A stretch of DNA of 64,000 nucleotides from Neoconidiobolus thromboides FSU 785 (GCA_025603075.1 MU626335.1:1-64000), one strand, 5' to 3'; counted from the first letter of the stretch, positions 12,250 to 25,728 are shown. Translations and numbers: made by a program. The notes: generated from the sequence alone by a model not told the origin.

Positions 12250-13058
12250 ACTTCCTCTAACAGCTTTAAGTTAAGTCAAATAGTTTAATATGGTATTTAA
12301 ATAAATATTTCCTTTCCAAAAGTTTTGCTTTTATTTTTACTAAACTTACACTAATTAATATCATAATCTGGAAGTATGTTATTAAAAATGAATTTAATTT
12401 TATAATTTCTCAATCAAACTTATTTTAGCTTTAAATAAATTTGTGTTTTAAACTAATCAGATCTCCTATTCCCAAATGTTTACTCCAAAGAAACCCTTGA
12501 GGTTTAAAAAAGATGAAATCGGAGATCAACAGGATCAGAAAAAGGTACTTAGGCTAGTTGAGATATCCTAGTTTTTCCTTCCCAATACTTGAGGAGAATG
12601 TGTTGTATAGACTAATATTTCTAATATTTCTAAAGCAATAAAAAGGACTCGAAATGTAGGTAAACTATAACTTTTAATGATAAATAAAGGTTGGCTAGGC
12701 TAAATCTCAAGTTTTTTTATCACCTATTAGATTGTAAAAATATGTATATTATAATATAAAAATAACCTTGGAGTCATTTAATATATTTAAATTAAAACTA
12801 TAACCTTATATCTATTTAGTTTTATAGCATATTAAAAATACTATCAGACTTCTCATTTGATCCTCTTTCATTACTATCTTTAAGTTTTAACGCTATTTTA
12901 TTTTTGGTGTAAATTTCCTAATTAATAATTGATTTTAATTTAACATTATTTTTATATTTCAATCATAACAACAATATTTTTAGTTGGAAGGTCTGCTCAG
13001 GACAATGTCTTGTTGCAGATTAATGCATATGAAAATCAAGGATAAATAAAATCCACTG

Positions 13059-13265
13059 TTTTCATTTATGGTTTACGCACCTTTACAAAAAAACAATGTT
13101 TGCAATAAAAGTTTTGCCATTTACTTAAAAAACTTTGCCCAATTTTACATAAACTTAAGGCTAAATTTTTCACACCTATAGGAATGTGCAGTTTTTTCAA
13201 GCAAATGGTAAAACTTTTATTACACATTGCTTTTTTTGTAAAGGTGCGTAAACCATAAATGAAAA
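13059..13265. mobile_element. ~207-bp MITE-like element family 2 with ~75-bp imperfect TIRs
   Basis: TTTTCATTTATGGTTTACGCACCTTTACAAAAAAA at the left end is the exact reverse complement of the right end; similarity continues for ~75 bp. Confidence 0.75.
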
Positions 13266-14944
13266 TGATATGGTATTATTTTGAACCAATAAACAATAAT
13301 CCAGAATGTCTTTTTTGATTTCGCTTTTTTGTCCCTTTTTTACTTTATATTAAATAGAAAAAACTATGAAATAAAACCCAAAAAGATATGTTCAACTACT
13401 ATATTATGTAGGCAAATAAATTTACGTTGCAAAGTTTGCCATAATTTAATTTTACTCTACAAAAATTGGTGAGCATAGCTTATCCATAGCATGGTGCTCA
13501 AGTAATCAACTTAAAACTTCATATTTTCAAGGTTTAAAAAAATAAACAAAGTTAAGTTTTTTGATACAAAAAACTCAAAACTCATGAAAATAGAGATAGA
13601 GAAATATATTAGTAAGTGAAAAAAGTGGTTAGACTAGTACAGATAAGATTTTTCTGTAACTATTATGGAAGGTAAATTGGAATACCTAATGCTTTTAAAG
13701 AAAGAGTCCCATTCAAATTGGCCCAAGCCAGAGTATTGGTTTTAAAGCATATTAAGGTCTGAATTTACATTTCTTATAAACATTTCTACTCTGATACTTT
13801 ATATTAAAGCAATTATAGAGCGATTCAAATGATAATTTGATAAGGCTTTCAACTATAAATAAGTAATTTTAAAAGCTAACTAGACTAAATTATACAAAAT
13901 AACCTATTTCTCATTTCGGCTTTTTTCGAAACCTCAACTAAACTAGCTCATAACTTTATTTTTAATCAATCATGAAAAAAATATCTAAACAAAATTTTAT
14001 TCTCAATCAATATCATAATGCTAATGATCAAATAACGATTATCAATCTAAGTTAAAATTTACAGCTAAAAAGTTAAATTTAAATACATCCAATAGTCACA
14101 CTATGGATAGAATCTCACCAATTCTGTACTTTTAATCTTTAATTAAATTAAGTGCATAGTTTTATTATGTAATATATCAAAAAAAACCAATCAATATGAG
14201 CCAAAATGACTTCACGATGACATCAATTACAAAACGATCAAAGAACGGCATTTATTAAGGATAAGTTACATAAAGAATAAGTCTGAAATTTATCAGATGA
14301 AATTCCTAAATACACTAAAATTGAATCATATTGCTATTTTAAAGTTCAATTATCAATTCTCTTCAAAATACTAGGTAATGATGAAATTAAGTGAGTATAA
14401 TTAAAGTTTATCCAGCTAAGTATTACAAAGTATACAAACACTATGGATTTGCGGATATTTTACCGACAGATATTCGGTATATTGTCATAAAGTTTACTTC
14501 TTTGCAGTTTTATATAGAAACAGTCAAAAAAGGTAGTAAAATGATCCTATTTTGGCTTAATACATTGCTTGATGCTAAGAAAACTATCTGTTTCATGTTT
14601 AATGGATTTATCTAGAATTAGTGGGATTTTACATTATATAATATGTACCCAATGCTAAGTAGGTTTGTCTTTGCTATATTTGTATAAAAATTACACATAA
14701 CTTTTACCACTATTTTAATTGTTCCAAAATATTAACATGACAACTACACTTTAAGAATAAATACAAAGTGATTGGCTGATCTTATCTATTTACTATTTGT
14801 AATGTTTAAAATAAATATTAAATACCAAACCAGATAATCAATTTATGTTGAGAAATATGGATAAGGGTGATGATTTCTTGGCCACCACAGAAAGTATAAA
14901 ATGAGGAAAATTCTCTTTAAGGCACCTTTTTAAAAACATATTAA

Positions 14945-16645
14945 ATGAGCGATGAAAGAGAACTTAGTGCTAAATTTCTAAACTTAAAATCAAAGGTTAA
15001 AAAATTTGAAAAACTGTTTGATACTTTTTTGAGTTTAGAAAAAAATCGAATTGACTTCAAATTAAATCGAAAAATAGCTTCAAGTAAAGTCCATCAATTA
15101 ATTTTAGGTTTGGTTTTCAACGCTACTACAATACCTTTAATAAGGTCCCCTTTAGGAACAGGTACTTTTGTATGTTATATTTTGTATTTACGCTTATTGG
15201 TTTTTTAGACTATGAACAGTTTACACATTACTTATCCAAATTATATTTTTATTTCCAAGATTCCATTGATTTTTTTATTGAGGAATATTTACTTGAGTCT
15301 GATTTAAATCCAAACGATTTAGAATTATTAAGGGATTCCATTTGTATGATTGGTTATAAGCTAGCATACTATTTGAAATCTGTTAACTTATTGACACTAA
15401 ATCAAAATTATTTTTACAAAAAATTAAAATTAAAGCTCGTCCTTGAAACTGGTGATGTCACGATGATATCATTTGTTGCATGGGTTATGATACTTTATAT
15501 GGAAATAAGTTATGGTGAATATGAATTAGCATCTTATTCAAAAGGTAAACTCTATAACTTTATAATAAATTCCCTTATGCTAAAATGTTTTTTTATATTT
15601 AATTCCATTTTACATAGTTAGATTAGTGAAGTAAGTATCATGTTTTTAATATAATGGAATTGTATTAATTACATCTTTAGATTATCACATATCATTGGGT
15701 TACAATCAAAAATATTAAAAAATACGGAAGTAAACCCATTTCGTTCAAAAATGTTAAATTATAATTTATTGTGGAGCTTGTATACCAATTACATCATTCA
15801 AATCAATCTTCATTATAATATACCAAGGATTGATATCCCTGTATGTGATCTCACTATTACTGACAACCAAATTAATATGATGTATTTTTATCCTAAAGAT
15901 ATCGTAAGTATATTAAGTTAAATTTAGATTAAAAGTTAAATTTTGCTATAGGGTGGATCAATTGCTCCTTTCTCGTTTAAAGTAGCGCAACTGTCATTAA
16001 ACCAAACAATTCAAAAGATATATTTATTATCAAAAGAGTGTAAAAGCCAAAGGGGTAACTACAACAAACTAAGGGATGATAGTGTGAAGATATTATTATT
16101 TATAAACAAATGTATGAATTCCTATATCACTTGGGAGACGAAATTTTTGAATAAGGACGAAAATGTATTCAATGATTCAAACTTTATTGGGAAACTTTAT
16201 TACTATACAGCATTTAAACACCAATATTTATTGACACTGATTTTATTTAAAAAAATCAACAGAGTGAAGCATAATAACAAAATATCAATTCATCAGTTCT
16301 TAAGTAATTATTCTTTACCCTCGATCCAAGCAATCAAAGAAAAATTAGTATCAACGTACAATATTATTGATAGTTATTTTAGTAACAAATACTCACAGTT
16401 TCATTCCGATTTGTTCTTTATTACAAACTATAAATCAGTACTTCCATTATATAGTTTAAGTCTAATTTATGGGAAGTCGGATAAAGAGGATGGAAACTAT
16501 AAACAGCTAATACGAAAAATCAAGCTATTGTCAAAACATTGGCCTATTTTAAATAGCTATCTTGAATTAAAATTTTGGCCTTTCATTGAAAGTGGTAAGT
16601 TATCTTTGTGTATCTTTTTCTTACTAATAATTAGTAACAGCTTAG
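14945..16645 (+). CDS. Fungal-specific transcription factor domain (Fungal_trans-like) protein, spliced
   Basis: Exons assembled by eye from GT-AG introns: 14945-15161, 15209-15544, 15618-15630, 15681-15903, 15952-16594, 16635-16645. Product has LYFYFQD...LLRDSICMIG, VRLVKLSHIIGLQ...LLWSLY...NIPRID, matching the middle homology region of Zn2Cys6 factors. First and last exons least certain. Confidence 0.7.
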
Positions 16646-17094
16646 GTAGAAGGAAGGTCTTGACAACTACTAATTCATCAATATAATCATAATGAAATTT
16701 ACAGGATTTACAGATATCAGTAAAAAAATCAGAATAATTATTGCAAATAAAAGCAAAATAAGCGTATTGCAGCTTATTTATTAATCTTTAGTACTAAACA
16801 TCAAAAAATTATTAGAATAAAAATTAATAATAAAATTTATAGAGTCAGTTATAGTTTTCATATGCATAATTAATAATAATTTAATATAACTATACTTATA
16901 ATTAACAAATTTTCGGATCATGTATAAATATTCAATTTTTTAAAAAAAATTGACCCAATCAATCCTTAGATTTATATTTCGGAGAAATATTGTCCAATTA
17001 AAGTTGAAAATGGAATTTTCAAAGGAGGGTATTAATTGAGTACAGTAAAAAATTTATAAGTAAATAAAATTATAATTTTTTAGATTGATTTAAT

Positions 17095-17201
17095 ATATGG
17101 GGATGATTTTTTTGATTTCATTACTTTTTCCACCTTTTAAGCGCTATTCAAGCGGAAAATTTGTTAGTAAAATTCTTAAACACAAAAATACATCCCCATA
17201 T
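17095..17201 (-). mobile_element. MITE-like family 1, copy 7
   Basis: Both termini intact. Confidence 0.88.
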
Positions 17202-17259
17202 TTAAAAGGTAGTTTGTATTTTTTTAAAACATTAAATGTTATATAAAAAATAGAATTTT

Positions 17260-17364
17260 ATATGGGGATGTATTTTTGTTTAAGAATTTTACTAACAAAT
17301 CTTCCACTCAAATAGCGCCTAAAAAGTGGAAAAAATAATGAAGTTAAAAAAAACACTCCCATAT
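17260..17364 (+). mobile_element. MITE-like family 1, copy 8
   Basis: ATATGGGGATG...CACTCCCATAT. Confidence 0.85.
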
Positions 17365-17380
17365 GTTACATTTTGACAGT

Positions 17381-17488
17381 ATATGGGGATGTGTTTGTTT
17401 AAAAATTTTACTAACAATATTTCTGCTCAAATAGTGCTTAAAAGATGGGAAAAGTGATGAAGTCAAAAAAAAAACATCCCTCCTATAT
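17381..17488 (+). mobile_element. MITE-like family 1, copy 9
   Basis: ATATGGGGATG...CATCCCTCCTATAT, 16 bp after copy 8. Confidence 0.85.
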
Positions 17489-17870
17489 TTTTAGCTTAAA
17501 TACTTATAATGTAAAAAACTGTATTTAAGCAATGGTTATTTCAAATATATTTATATTAAAAAAACTATAGTTAAAACTGTAGAAAATTATATAATGTTAA
17601 ATTAAGTTATTGAAAATAGGATTTCTTTTATAGTTGTTAAAATAAAACAAAATAGTTAAATGAAATGTATATAAACTTTTTATAATTATAATATATATAA
17701 AATTAGAAAAAAAGAAATTTGATCATTATTTTTTAAATCATTTTTAATTACTAAAGTTTAAATATAAAATTATATTTAATAAAATTATATTTTCATAATA
17801 CACTTTTAAAACTAACAATAATTTAATTGAAATTGGTCAAAAGTATAGTCCAAGCTTTATGTATATAAAA

Positions 17871-17962
17871 GTATTTTTTCAACTTCACCTTTTCTCTTTT
17901 AAACACTATTTAAGTAGAAAATTGCTAGTACAATTCTTAAACCCAAAAATACATCCTTATGT
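17871..17962 (-). mobile_element. MITE-like family 1, copy 10 (partial/diverged)
   Basis: ...AAACACTATTTAAGTAGAAAATTGCTAGTACAATTCTTAAACCCAAAAATACATCCTTAT. Confidence 0.65.
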
Positions 17963-18371
17963 ATTATATATTAACTTTTTTTAAAATACAAGTCTCCAAT
18001 AGCAACTATAAATTCAACCAAATTTTAACTATAATTTTAATTAAAATGTTAAATTTTTAAATTGAGATTACTCAACAAAGCATTATCTAAGTCAAGGGTA
18101 GCTAGTAAAAATAAGTACAAACTTGATGTTGTTTATATAAAAATTTTCAGATTAATAAACTAATAAATTAATCAAATACAATCATATGATTAAATAACTC
18201 TGGGTATTTTAGGTACTAGAAATTTTGCTTAAGCGTTAAATCGGAGACTTTAAACCCTAGATTGTAATTCGTTTTATTTATAATTAGTTTATTAACCTAC
18301 TATAATTATTATTAATAATTTCCTTGAATAGTTATGAGCCAAAAATCTAGTATGTTATAAATTGAGATAAC

Positions 18372-18476
18372 ATTTGGGGATGTTTTTTTGGCTTCATCAC
18401 TTTTTCCACCTTTTAAGCACTACTTTAGTGGAAGAATTGCTAGTAAAATTCTTAAATACAAAAATCAGCCCCATTT
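18372..18476 (-). mobile_element. MITE-like family 1, copy 11
   Basis: ATTTGGGGATG...CAGCCCCATTT. Confidence 0.82.
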
Positions 18477-18551
18477 TATGTAACCGTTTGATAGTGATTT
18501 AATTTTTAAGTAATAGAAAAATTTCATCCAAAATCTTATTTCAAATGTTGA

Positions 18552-18655
18552 ATATGGTAGTGTTTTGGACTTCATTATTTTTTCCATCTTTTAAGCGCTG
18601 TTTGAGTGGAAAAATTGTTAGTAAAATTCTTAAATACAAAAATACATCCCCATAT
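18552..18655 (-). mobile_element. MITE-like family 1, copy 12
   Basis: ATATGGTAGTG...CATCCCCATAT. Confidence 0.82.
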
Positions 18656-19799
18656 AATGAGATATTTATTACATTATTAGATGATATATTCTTTAAAATT
18701 ACGATTTTAAACGTAAACAATATATCAATTTTGCTTATTTAGTTTACTGTGTTTATTTTGTTATATACTAGAATATTTAAAGGATTTTTTATACTATAGA
18801 TACAAAATCAAAATATTCATCATTGCCAAGGATTATTTATGTAATATTTAAATTTTAATTATTGAAATCCAAATATACTAATTACTCTAGAAAATTTAAA
18901 TTATCTAACAATTAACGTTTATTTATTACACCAAAACATGATTTTATCTTATCGAATTTATTCCATAAAAGTAAAGAACATATTGATATGTTTAATAAAA
19001 TAGAATATCAAAGATATTTTTATCTAACCTTTCTTAAATAGTTCTAAGAGTACATCTATATGCGGTTATTTTAACTAATGATATTTACCTTCTCTTTAAT
19101 CTATTCCTCAACATATAAGAGTTTTTATCTTGTAATATACTTCATAATACAACAATACATCTTTTATACATTTTTTTAAATTTGTTATATAGAATACATA
19201 ATAAATTATGTTTTTTGCACTTTTTTTACACTTCATTTTTATTTTTCCCTTGATAAGTTACTAAGGTGATACTATACAATGTGATATTCCCAAGTTCATA
19301 AAGTACACCAAAGTAAAAATTGCTTTTAGAAAATATAATTTATATATTGAAGTAATTTAAAAACTCAAATCGTAAATAGAATTTTTTAACTGATTTTGCT
19401 CAACTTTAAAATTATAGGGGCTTTTATAAATAGCTTCAATTTTTCAGTTAAGAACTACAGGTAAGAATATGGAATTGCAACATCAAGATGTTTTTATATA
19501 TTAACGAGTTAGTTGTTAGATATAAGTCTTTTCTGTTGCAAGTAATAACTTGCTTATTTTATTAACCAAGGATCTGAAGTCTTTAGTGTTGATCTTTATG
19601 TTTATCTTTATAAAACTTAATTGAATTAAATATATACAATTTGTCTTAATAGGGTCCTCCTCCTATGGACAAGTCTTTTGATGTTTTAATATTTGACAAT
19701 AATGATTAGAAAAAGAAATAGTAGCAATAAAAATATATCAATTTTTTCTAAAAGAATACTTTTTTATTAAATTATTTTATGAGAAGATAAATATTAGTT

Positions 19800-22700
19800 T
19801 TAATCTTGATTTTGTTCGTCTAAAACTTGTTGTTGTACCATTTCGAAATAGACTCCTTGTTGAGATAAAAGCTCATCATGACTTCCTCTTTCAACAATGT
19901 GTCCATCCTTTAATACTAAAATTACATCAGCACCCTGAATAGTAGATAATCTATGGGCAATCGATAGAGTAGTACGGCCTTTTGCTGCTTTATCCAATGC
20001 TTGCTGTACAACTTTTTCTGATTCAGCATCAAGAGCAGAGGTAGCTTCATCTAGAAGTAAGATAGATGGGTTTCTAACAAGAGCACGTGCGATAGCAATA
20101 CGTTGTTTTTGACCACCTGATAATTGAGAGCCTTTTCCACCTACTTTAGTATCATAACCATTTGGTAAGGTAACAATAAAATCGTGAATATTAGCTGATT
20201 TAGCTGCATTTATAACATCATCCATAGTTGGTAAGGCTCCATATGTACGTGCACCAAACATAATATTGTCTTTAATTGAAAGATCATAAAGTGAAGGTTC
20301 TTGACCTACAAGAGCAATATTATCTCTTAAAGAAGGAAGATGGTAATCTCTTACATCAACACCATCAATCATAACCCTACCTCTTGAGACATCATAAAAG
20401 CGTTCCAAAAGACCAATAGATGTACTTTTACCACAGCCAGATGGTCCAACTAAAGCAACAAATTGACCAGGTTGGACTTCAAAATCGATACCTTTTAGAA
20501 TTTTTGCTCCTGGACGGGTAGGATAATGGAAATGTACACCTTCAAACTTAAGAGTACCACGAATAGGAGACTCATTCTTTTCGCTGGTTGAGGTTATTTT
20601 ACGCCCTGGACCTTCTTCAGTAGAATCAATATGAGGTTTACGATGAATAAGGTAGAAAATAGATGCAGCAGCATCACGAGCTTTGTTCATATCCGGGGCA
20701 TAGGCAAAAACTCTTGAAGCACCAGAAGCACCCATAATAAGAGCCATGAAAACGGTAAAGAAAGTTTGGACATTATATTCTCGAGTTGACATTAAAGTAC
20801 CACCATACCAAAATGCAAGAGCATTTACATAGAAATTACATGACATAGAAAGCGCAAATACAAATGAAGAGTAAACAGCGTTACGATAACCAGCTCTTAG
20901 TGGTTCTTCTAGAGCATGATGGTATTGTTCGCAAATTTGGTCTTCTTTAGTGAGTGAAGCTACGGTACGCATTGCAGCAGCATTCTCACAAGCCATATCA
21001 GCAGATTTGGAATAAGACTCCTTATTTTTCTTTTGGAAATTACGAATCATAGCAATACGTAAATAACCAGAATATAAAATTAATGGTAAACATGCAATAA
21101 CAACTAAAGCTAATTTCCATCCAAAAACTAAACCAACAATCATTGAGGAAATAAGATTAACGACTATATTGAGAATGGATCCAAATGTAACACCACTGAA
21201 ACCTTGAATATCTTGAGCATCTTGAGATAAAGCAGATATAAGGGAACCTGTAGAATTGGCATCACGATCAAACCAACCGATTTCTTGCCATAAAATTGAG
21301 TTAAAAGAATTCATTCTTAAGCGAGCTGATAATTTCTCTGAAGAAATAGCAAATCCAAATTGAGAACAAAGTTGTGCAATACCAGCAATTATGGCAATGA
21401 TAAATAACATAAGGGCCCAGTATGCAGTATCGTCTAATAATTTTTGTCCCGTCTGGTTAAAGGCATCCAATAAACTAGCAAAAATAATAGAAAAGAAAGG
21501 ATAAATTAATCCTAATACAATTGAACCAAAGGTACCAATGAGGATGAGATTGGTTTCTGGACGATTAGTTTTAATGATTTCCATAATTAACTCAGATAAT
21601 GGATTGCTGAATTCACTTGTTACACCTTCCTCAATATTGGATTTAACTGATAAAACTGAATTAGTAGTTGCAACTCTAACTATCTCGGTTTTTCCGTCCT
21701 TAGTTTCTACAACAGTTTCTACGTATTCAGTGGCGTCATTATCAATTTCTGGGACTTTTTCACTAACTTCAGCTGATTCCTTTTTACGGCGAATATCTTG
21801 GATTTCAACTAGTTTGCGATATGCACCATTAGGGCGTGCCATTAACTCATTGTGGTTACCAGTTTCAAGGACACGTCCTCTTTCCATCACAACAATTTTA
21901 TCTGCATTTTTGATTGTGGATAAACGATGAGCAATGACGATAGTTGTACGTCCTTGACTAGCACGATCTAAAGCTTCTTGAACAATACCTTCTGATTGAG
22001 TATCGAGTGCGGATGTAGCTTCATCTAAGAGTAAAACTTTTGGATCCTTTACTATAGCTCTAGCAATAGCAATACGTTGTTTTTGACCACCTGATAGTAA
22101 GAATCCACGTTCACCAACTTGAGTGTCATAGCCTAAAGGCAATCCGGTAATGAAGGTGTTAGCATTAGATTTAATGCAAGCTTCAATGATAAGTGGCATT
22201 TGTTCTTCTCTGGGAGCATGTTCATATTTTGTTCCAATTAAACCAATAGCGACGTTATCTGCAATAGTACCACTAAACAAAGTAGGTTCTTGAGATACTA
22301 AACCAAGTTGTTGTCTATACCATTTGAGATTTAATTTAGCAATATTGTGTCCATCAAGATGTACTTCACCAGAATCTGGGTCATAAAAACGCTCTAGAAG
22401 CTGAATGGTTGTTGATTTACCAGATCCTGAAGCCCCAACTAAAGCTACAGTGGTACCTGGTTCAATTTTCAAACTGTAATCGTCAAAGATTTGTACCTCT
22501 GTACGGGAAGGATAAGCGAAGCGAATGTTTTTGAACTCGATTTCACCAACAATTTGTGAGAGTTTTTCACCTTCTTTGGAATTAGATCTAATAGGTGGTA
22601 CACGATCAATAGCTTCAAAGAGTTTAGCGCCAGCTCCACGAGCATAGGTAACAGCTTGAAAGTGAGGAGGGACATTAGATAACGAAAAAGCACCGAGTAA

Positions 22701-23633
22701 AATAGCAAAAAAGACATTAACAACTTTACCAGAACCAATAAGTCCCCAATTAATTAATTCCCCTCCATAATAAAAAGCAATAGCATAACCACAGTAAATA
22801 GCAAAAAAGATTATAGCAACACCAATACCAATGGTGATTGATTTTTTGCGACCTTCTTTTTCAGCTTTCATTATTAAATCATCGTACATTTTTCCAAGTT
22901 TCTTTTGTTGATTAAAAGCGACTGCGGTTCTAATAGATGAGAATACTTCCTCTGCTAAAGTACCGGCCGCTGAATAGAAATTCAACCCATTTGTGGTGTA
23001 TTTACCTGCAAATTTGTTGAGCACAATAGCGGTTATAACAATAACTGGAACAATAGTAAGGACAGCAAGAGCTAATCTCCATTCGGCTGTAAATGCAATC
23101 ACTAAACCGGAAACGAAAGTAGCGAGGTCTTGAAATATGATGGCTACTTTTTCTCCAATACCATCTTGAACCATGTTGGTATCACTAGTAATACGAGTAG
23201 TGACTTCACCAGCACCTAAATCATCAAACCAAGCAATGTTTTGGTGCAAAACTGCACGTAAATATTCTTCACGAATACGATGGATCTGTCTTTCAGCTAC
23301 ATAGATATAACATGCCATATATATATAAGTACATACTAATACACCGATACCCAAATAAACAAAATAAGTAGCAAATAAGGAAATATTTTCCATAAACACA
23401 TCAGGTGAACCTCCCATTTGGAATTCACCCATAATTGTGATCATATTTCCAAATAAGATAGATGTAGCAGGTAATGCAGCTCCAGCTCCTACTGAAGTTA
23501 TTAAACCAATAATCATTAATAGTTTATCAAGTGGGGTAGCATAGGTATATAGTTTTCCAAATGAGACTGGGGCTAATTGTTGGACAGAAGCTACCTTTTC
23601 TTCTTTATCGTTTTGTTTTTTTGATTTAGCCAT
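19800..23633 (-). CDS. Full-length ABCB (MDR/P-glycoprotein-like) ABC transporter
   Basis: 1277-aa intronless ORF, TMD-NBD-TMD-NBD; Walker A GASGSGKST and GPSGCGKST, signature LSGGQKQRIAIARA twice, LLLDEATSALD twice. Confidence 0.97.
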   Translation of the reverse strand: MAKSKKQNDKEEKVASVQQLAPVSFGKLYTYATPLDKLLMIIGLITSVGAGAALPATSILFGNMITIMGEFQMGGSPDVFMENISLFATYFVYLGIGVLVCTYIYMACYIYVAERQIHRIREEYLRAVLHQNIAWFDDLGAGEVTTRITSDTNMVQDGIGEKVAIIFQDLATFVSGLVIAFTAEWRLALAVLTIVPVIVITAIVLNKFAGKYTTNGLNFYSAAGTLAEEVFSSIRTAVAFNQQKKLGKMYDDLIMKAEKEGRKKSITIGIGVAIIFFAIYCGYAIAFYYGGELINWGLIGSGKVVNVFFAILLGAFSLSNVPPHFQAVTYARGAGAKLFEAIDRVPPIRSNSKEGEKLSQIVGEIEFKNIRFAYPSRTEVQIFDDYSLKIEPGTTVALVGASGSGKSTTIQLLERFYDPDSGEVHLDGHNIAKLNLKWYRQQLGLVSQEPTLFSGTIADNVAIGLIGTKYEHAPREEQMPLIIEACIKSNANTFITGLPLGYDTQVGERGFLLSGGQKQRIAIARAIVKDPKVLLLDEATSALDTQSEGIVQEALDRASQGRTTIVIAHRLSTIKNADKIVVMERGRVLETGNHNELMARPNGAYRKLVEIQDIRRKKESAEVSEKVPEIDNDATEYVETVVETKDGKTEIVRVATTNSVLSVKSNIEEGVTSEFSNPLSELIMEIIKTNRPETNLILIGTFGSIVLGLIYPFFSIIFASLLDAFNQTGQKLLDDTAYWALMLFIIAIIAGIAQLCSQFGFAISSEKLSARLRMNSFNSILWQEIGWFDRDANSTGSLISALSQDAQDIQGFSGVTFGSILNIVVNLISSMIVGLVFGWKLALVVIACLPLILYSGYLRIAMIRNFQKKNKESYSKSADMACENAAAMRTVASLTKEDQICEQYHHALEEPLRAGYRNAVYSSFVFALSMSCNFYVNALAFWYGGTLMSTREYNVQTFFTVFMALIMGASGASRVFAYAPDMNKARDAAASIFYLIHRKPHIDSTEEGPGRKITSTSEKNESPIRGTLKFEGVHFHYPTRPGAKILKGIDFEVQPGQFVALVGPSGCGKSTSIGLLERFYDVSRGRVMIDGVDVRDYHLPSLRDNIALVGQEPSLYDLSIKDNIMFGARTYGALPTMDDVINAAKSANIHDFIVTLPNGYDTKVGGKGSQLSGGQKQRIAIARALVRNPSILLLDEATSALDAESEKVVQQALDKAAKGRTTLSIAHRLSTIQGADVILVLKDGHIVERGSHDELLSQQGVYFEMVQQQVLDEQNQD

Positions 23634-24882
23634 TATCTAATATTATAATAAATAATTGATATTTTGAAGAAAATAATAATTATAATATTATTATTGAAAT
23701 GTATTAAAATAAATTGTTATTCATTAAAGTACATTTTATGTTTATTTATATACTATCGTGATTTAAGGTTGAGATAATTTTTATTCACTGATCTATTCAC
23801 TTTAATAAAAATTACTAATAAAATCGACAAATGAAATCACAGCTTTTTTGCTCCCCTAAGAATTTTTCTAATTAAGGCACAGTTTTCATTGATTTTTGTT
23901 AGCCTACCAATGTTGGGATAAACTCTACTTTTCTATTTTTTTTAGACTTGGATAATCCTAAAACCGATAAATTTAATATGATTTCAACCAATTAAAAGCG
24001 AGTTATTATTGGGTTAACTATTTAGGCGCTAAGTATTATATGGATATATTCAATATTATAAATTAAATAACTAGATTTGGATAGCTCAAAAATAAATTCT
24101 TATTAAGCTAAAAATAACCAGATATTAATGTAATTTACTTTATAGCTTCAATTATGAGTTAACAACAGTTTGTATTATTAAAACAATTTTTAATCTTTTT
24201 TCTCTACCAACATATGTTCATTTCTTTCCTTTATCTTAGCTGAAAAATATATTGGATAAATCGAACAAAAAGCAAGCCCATTCTTTCAAAAAAAAAGTTC
24301 GGAAATTAAGTGAGCCGAGTTTAAGCAGGTCCGATTCAGACAGTGAAATTTACTTTTTTAAACTACAGCTTTTTATGCTAACAAATAGAAGACCGAAGCC
24401 ACTATCTTTTTATTACCCAAAATCTTTGTAAATATTTAATCATCTCTTATCTATTGCTGCGGTGAGAAATATCAAATGTTGATATATAGAAAGACAGAAA
24501 AAAACCAGCAGTATAAGTTGATTTGATGTAATACCAAAGGTAAGGAACAGATGACAAATAAGGTATAAGAGTTTATTAAATAAAATACAAAAAACATATA
24601 AAGGAACATGAGATGATAAACAAGTAATTAACATTAAAGATAGGTCAAAGGAATAGTGTAACGTATATGCGGTCACCTAGCCATATAATACGCTATTATT
24701 TAAAGCACTTTTTAATAACTGATAAATTATTTTTCATGTCATGAAAGCATGAAAAAGATAAAGTGTGAGTCTCAAAAGTTGATTTTGAGCCATTGTTTTG
24801 AAAAATTGAGAATTTTGGCTTAAGTTACAGTCAAATATTGGATAAATATTGCTACTCCTAATATTTGAAAAAAATTAAATAC

Positions 24883-24988
24883 ATATGAGGATGTATTTTT
24901 ATATTTAAGAATTTTACTGACAATTTTTCCACATAAATAGCGCTTAAAAAATGGAAAAATAATGAAACTAAAAAAAACAGCCCCATAT
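24883..24988 (+). mobile_element. MITE-like family 1, copy 13
   Basis: ATATGAGGATG...CAGCCCCATAT. Confidence 0.85.
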
Positions 24989-25622
24989 CTTTTATTCATA
25001 AATTGAGTAAAATAATTTCGGACTTCCGCAATAACCTTCTAACAAATTTACAAGGTTACAAATTTAATCAAGAACTTAATACACAAAATATTCATTATCA
25101 AATAAATATAGTAAATTTATAAGCTAATAGTATTGATTCTAGACTATCTTGTTTTAGAAAAATTTTATTATGTAAATGATAATGTATACCAATAGTTTAA
25201 AAATGATCTAATTTTACTTGTTACATTTATTATAGTCAACAATTAAAATAATTTATTAAAGTATAGTTTGCTATATTTAGGATAATGTATATAAAAGCAT
25301 CAATTATAAAGAAACACAATAATATCATAATAATTCTTTAATCCTATTCAAAATTTCAAGTTTCAAAAAGTGTATCAGCTAGAAAACATGCAAAAGAGCA
25401 ACACAAAGGTGTGTTATTTCATATTGCTTACCAAGTTGAAATGTATGCTTATTTTTCAACTAAATTTCACTTTCAGTATTGATTTTTAAAAACTCTACCA
25501 TAAATAACAAAGTATTTGAGAATGTAACAGGAAAGGCAGGTAAAAACCAAAAACGATATCAAAAATTAGTTATTCATCAATAGTATTCTTTTTAACACAT
25601 AAAGTTCGGGTCATATATTAAT

Positions 25623-25728
25623 ATATGGGGCTGTTTTTTTTGGTTTCATTATTTTTTCCATTTTTTAAGCGCTATTTGAGTGGAAAGATTGTAGTAAAAT
25701 TCTTAAACAAAAAAACCTATCCCCATAT
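25623..25728 (-). mobile_element. MITE-like family 1, copy 14
   Basis: ATATGGGGCTG...TATCCCCATAT. Confidence 0.85.

Noticed and set aside
18545-18742. 65-aa ORF
   Set aside because: It is a translation of MITE copy 12.
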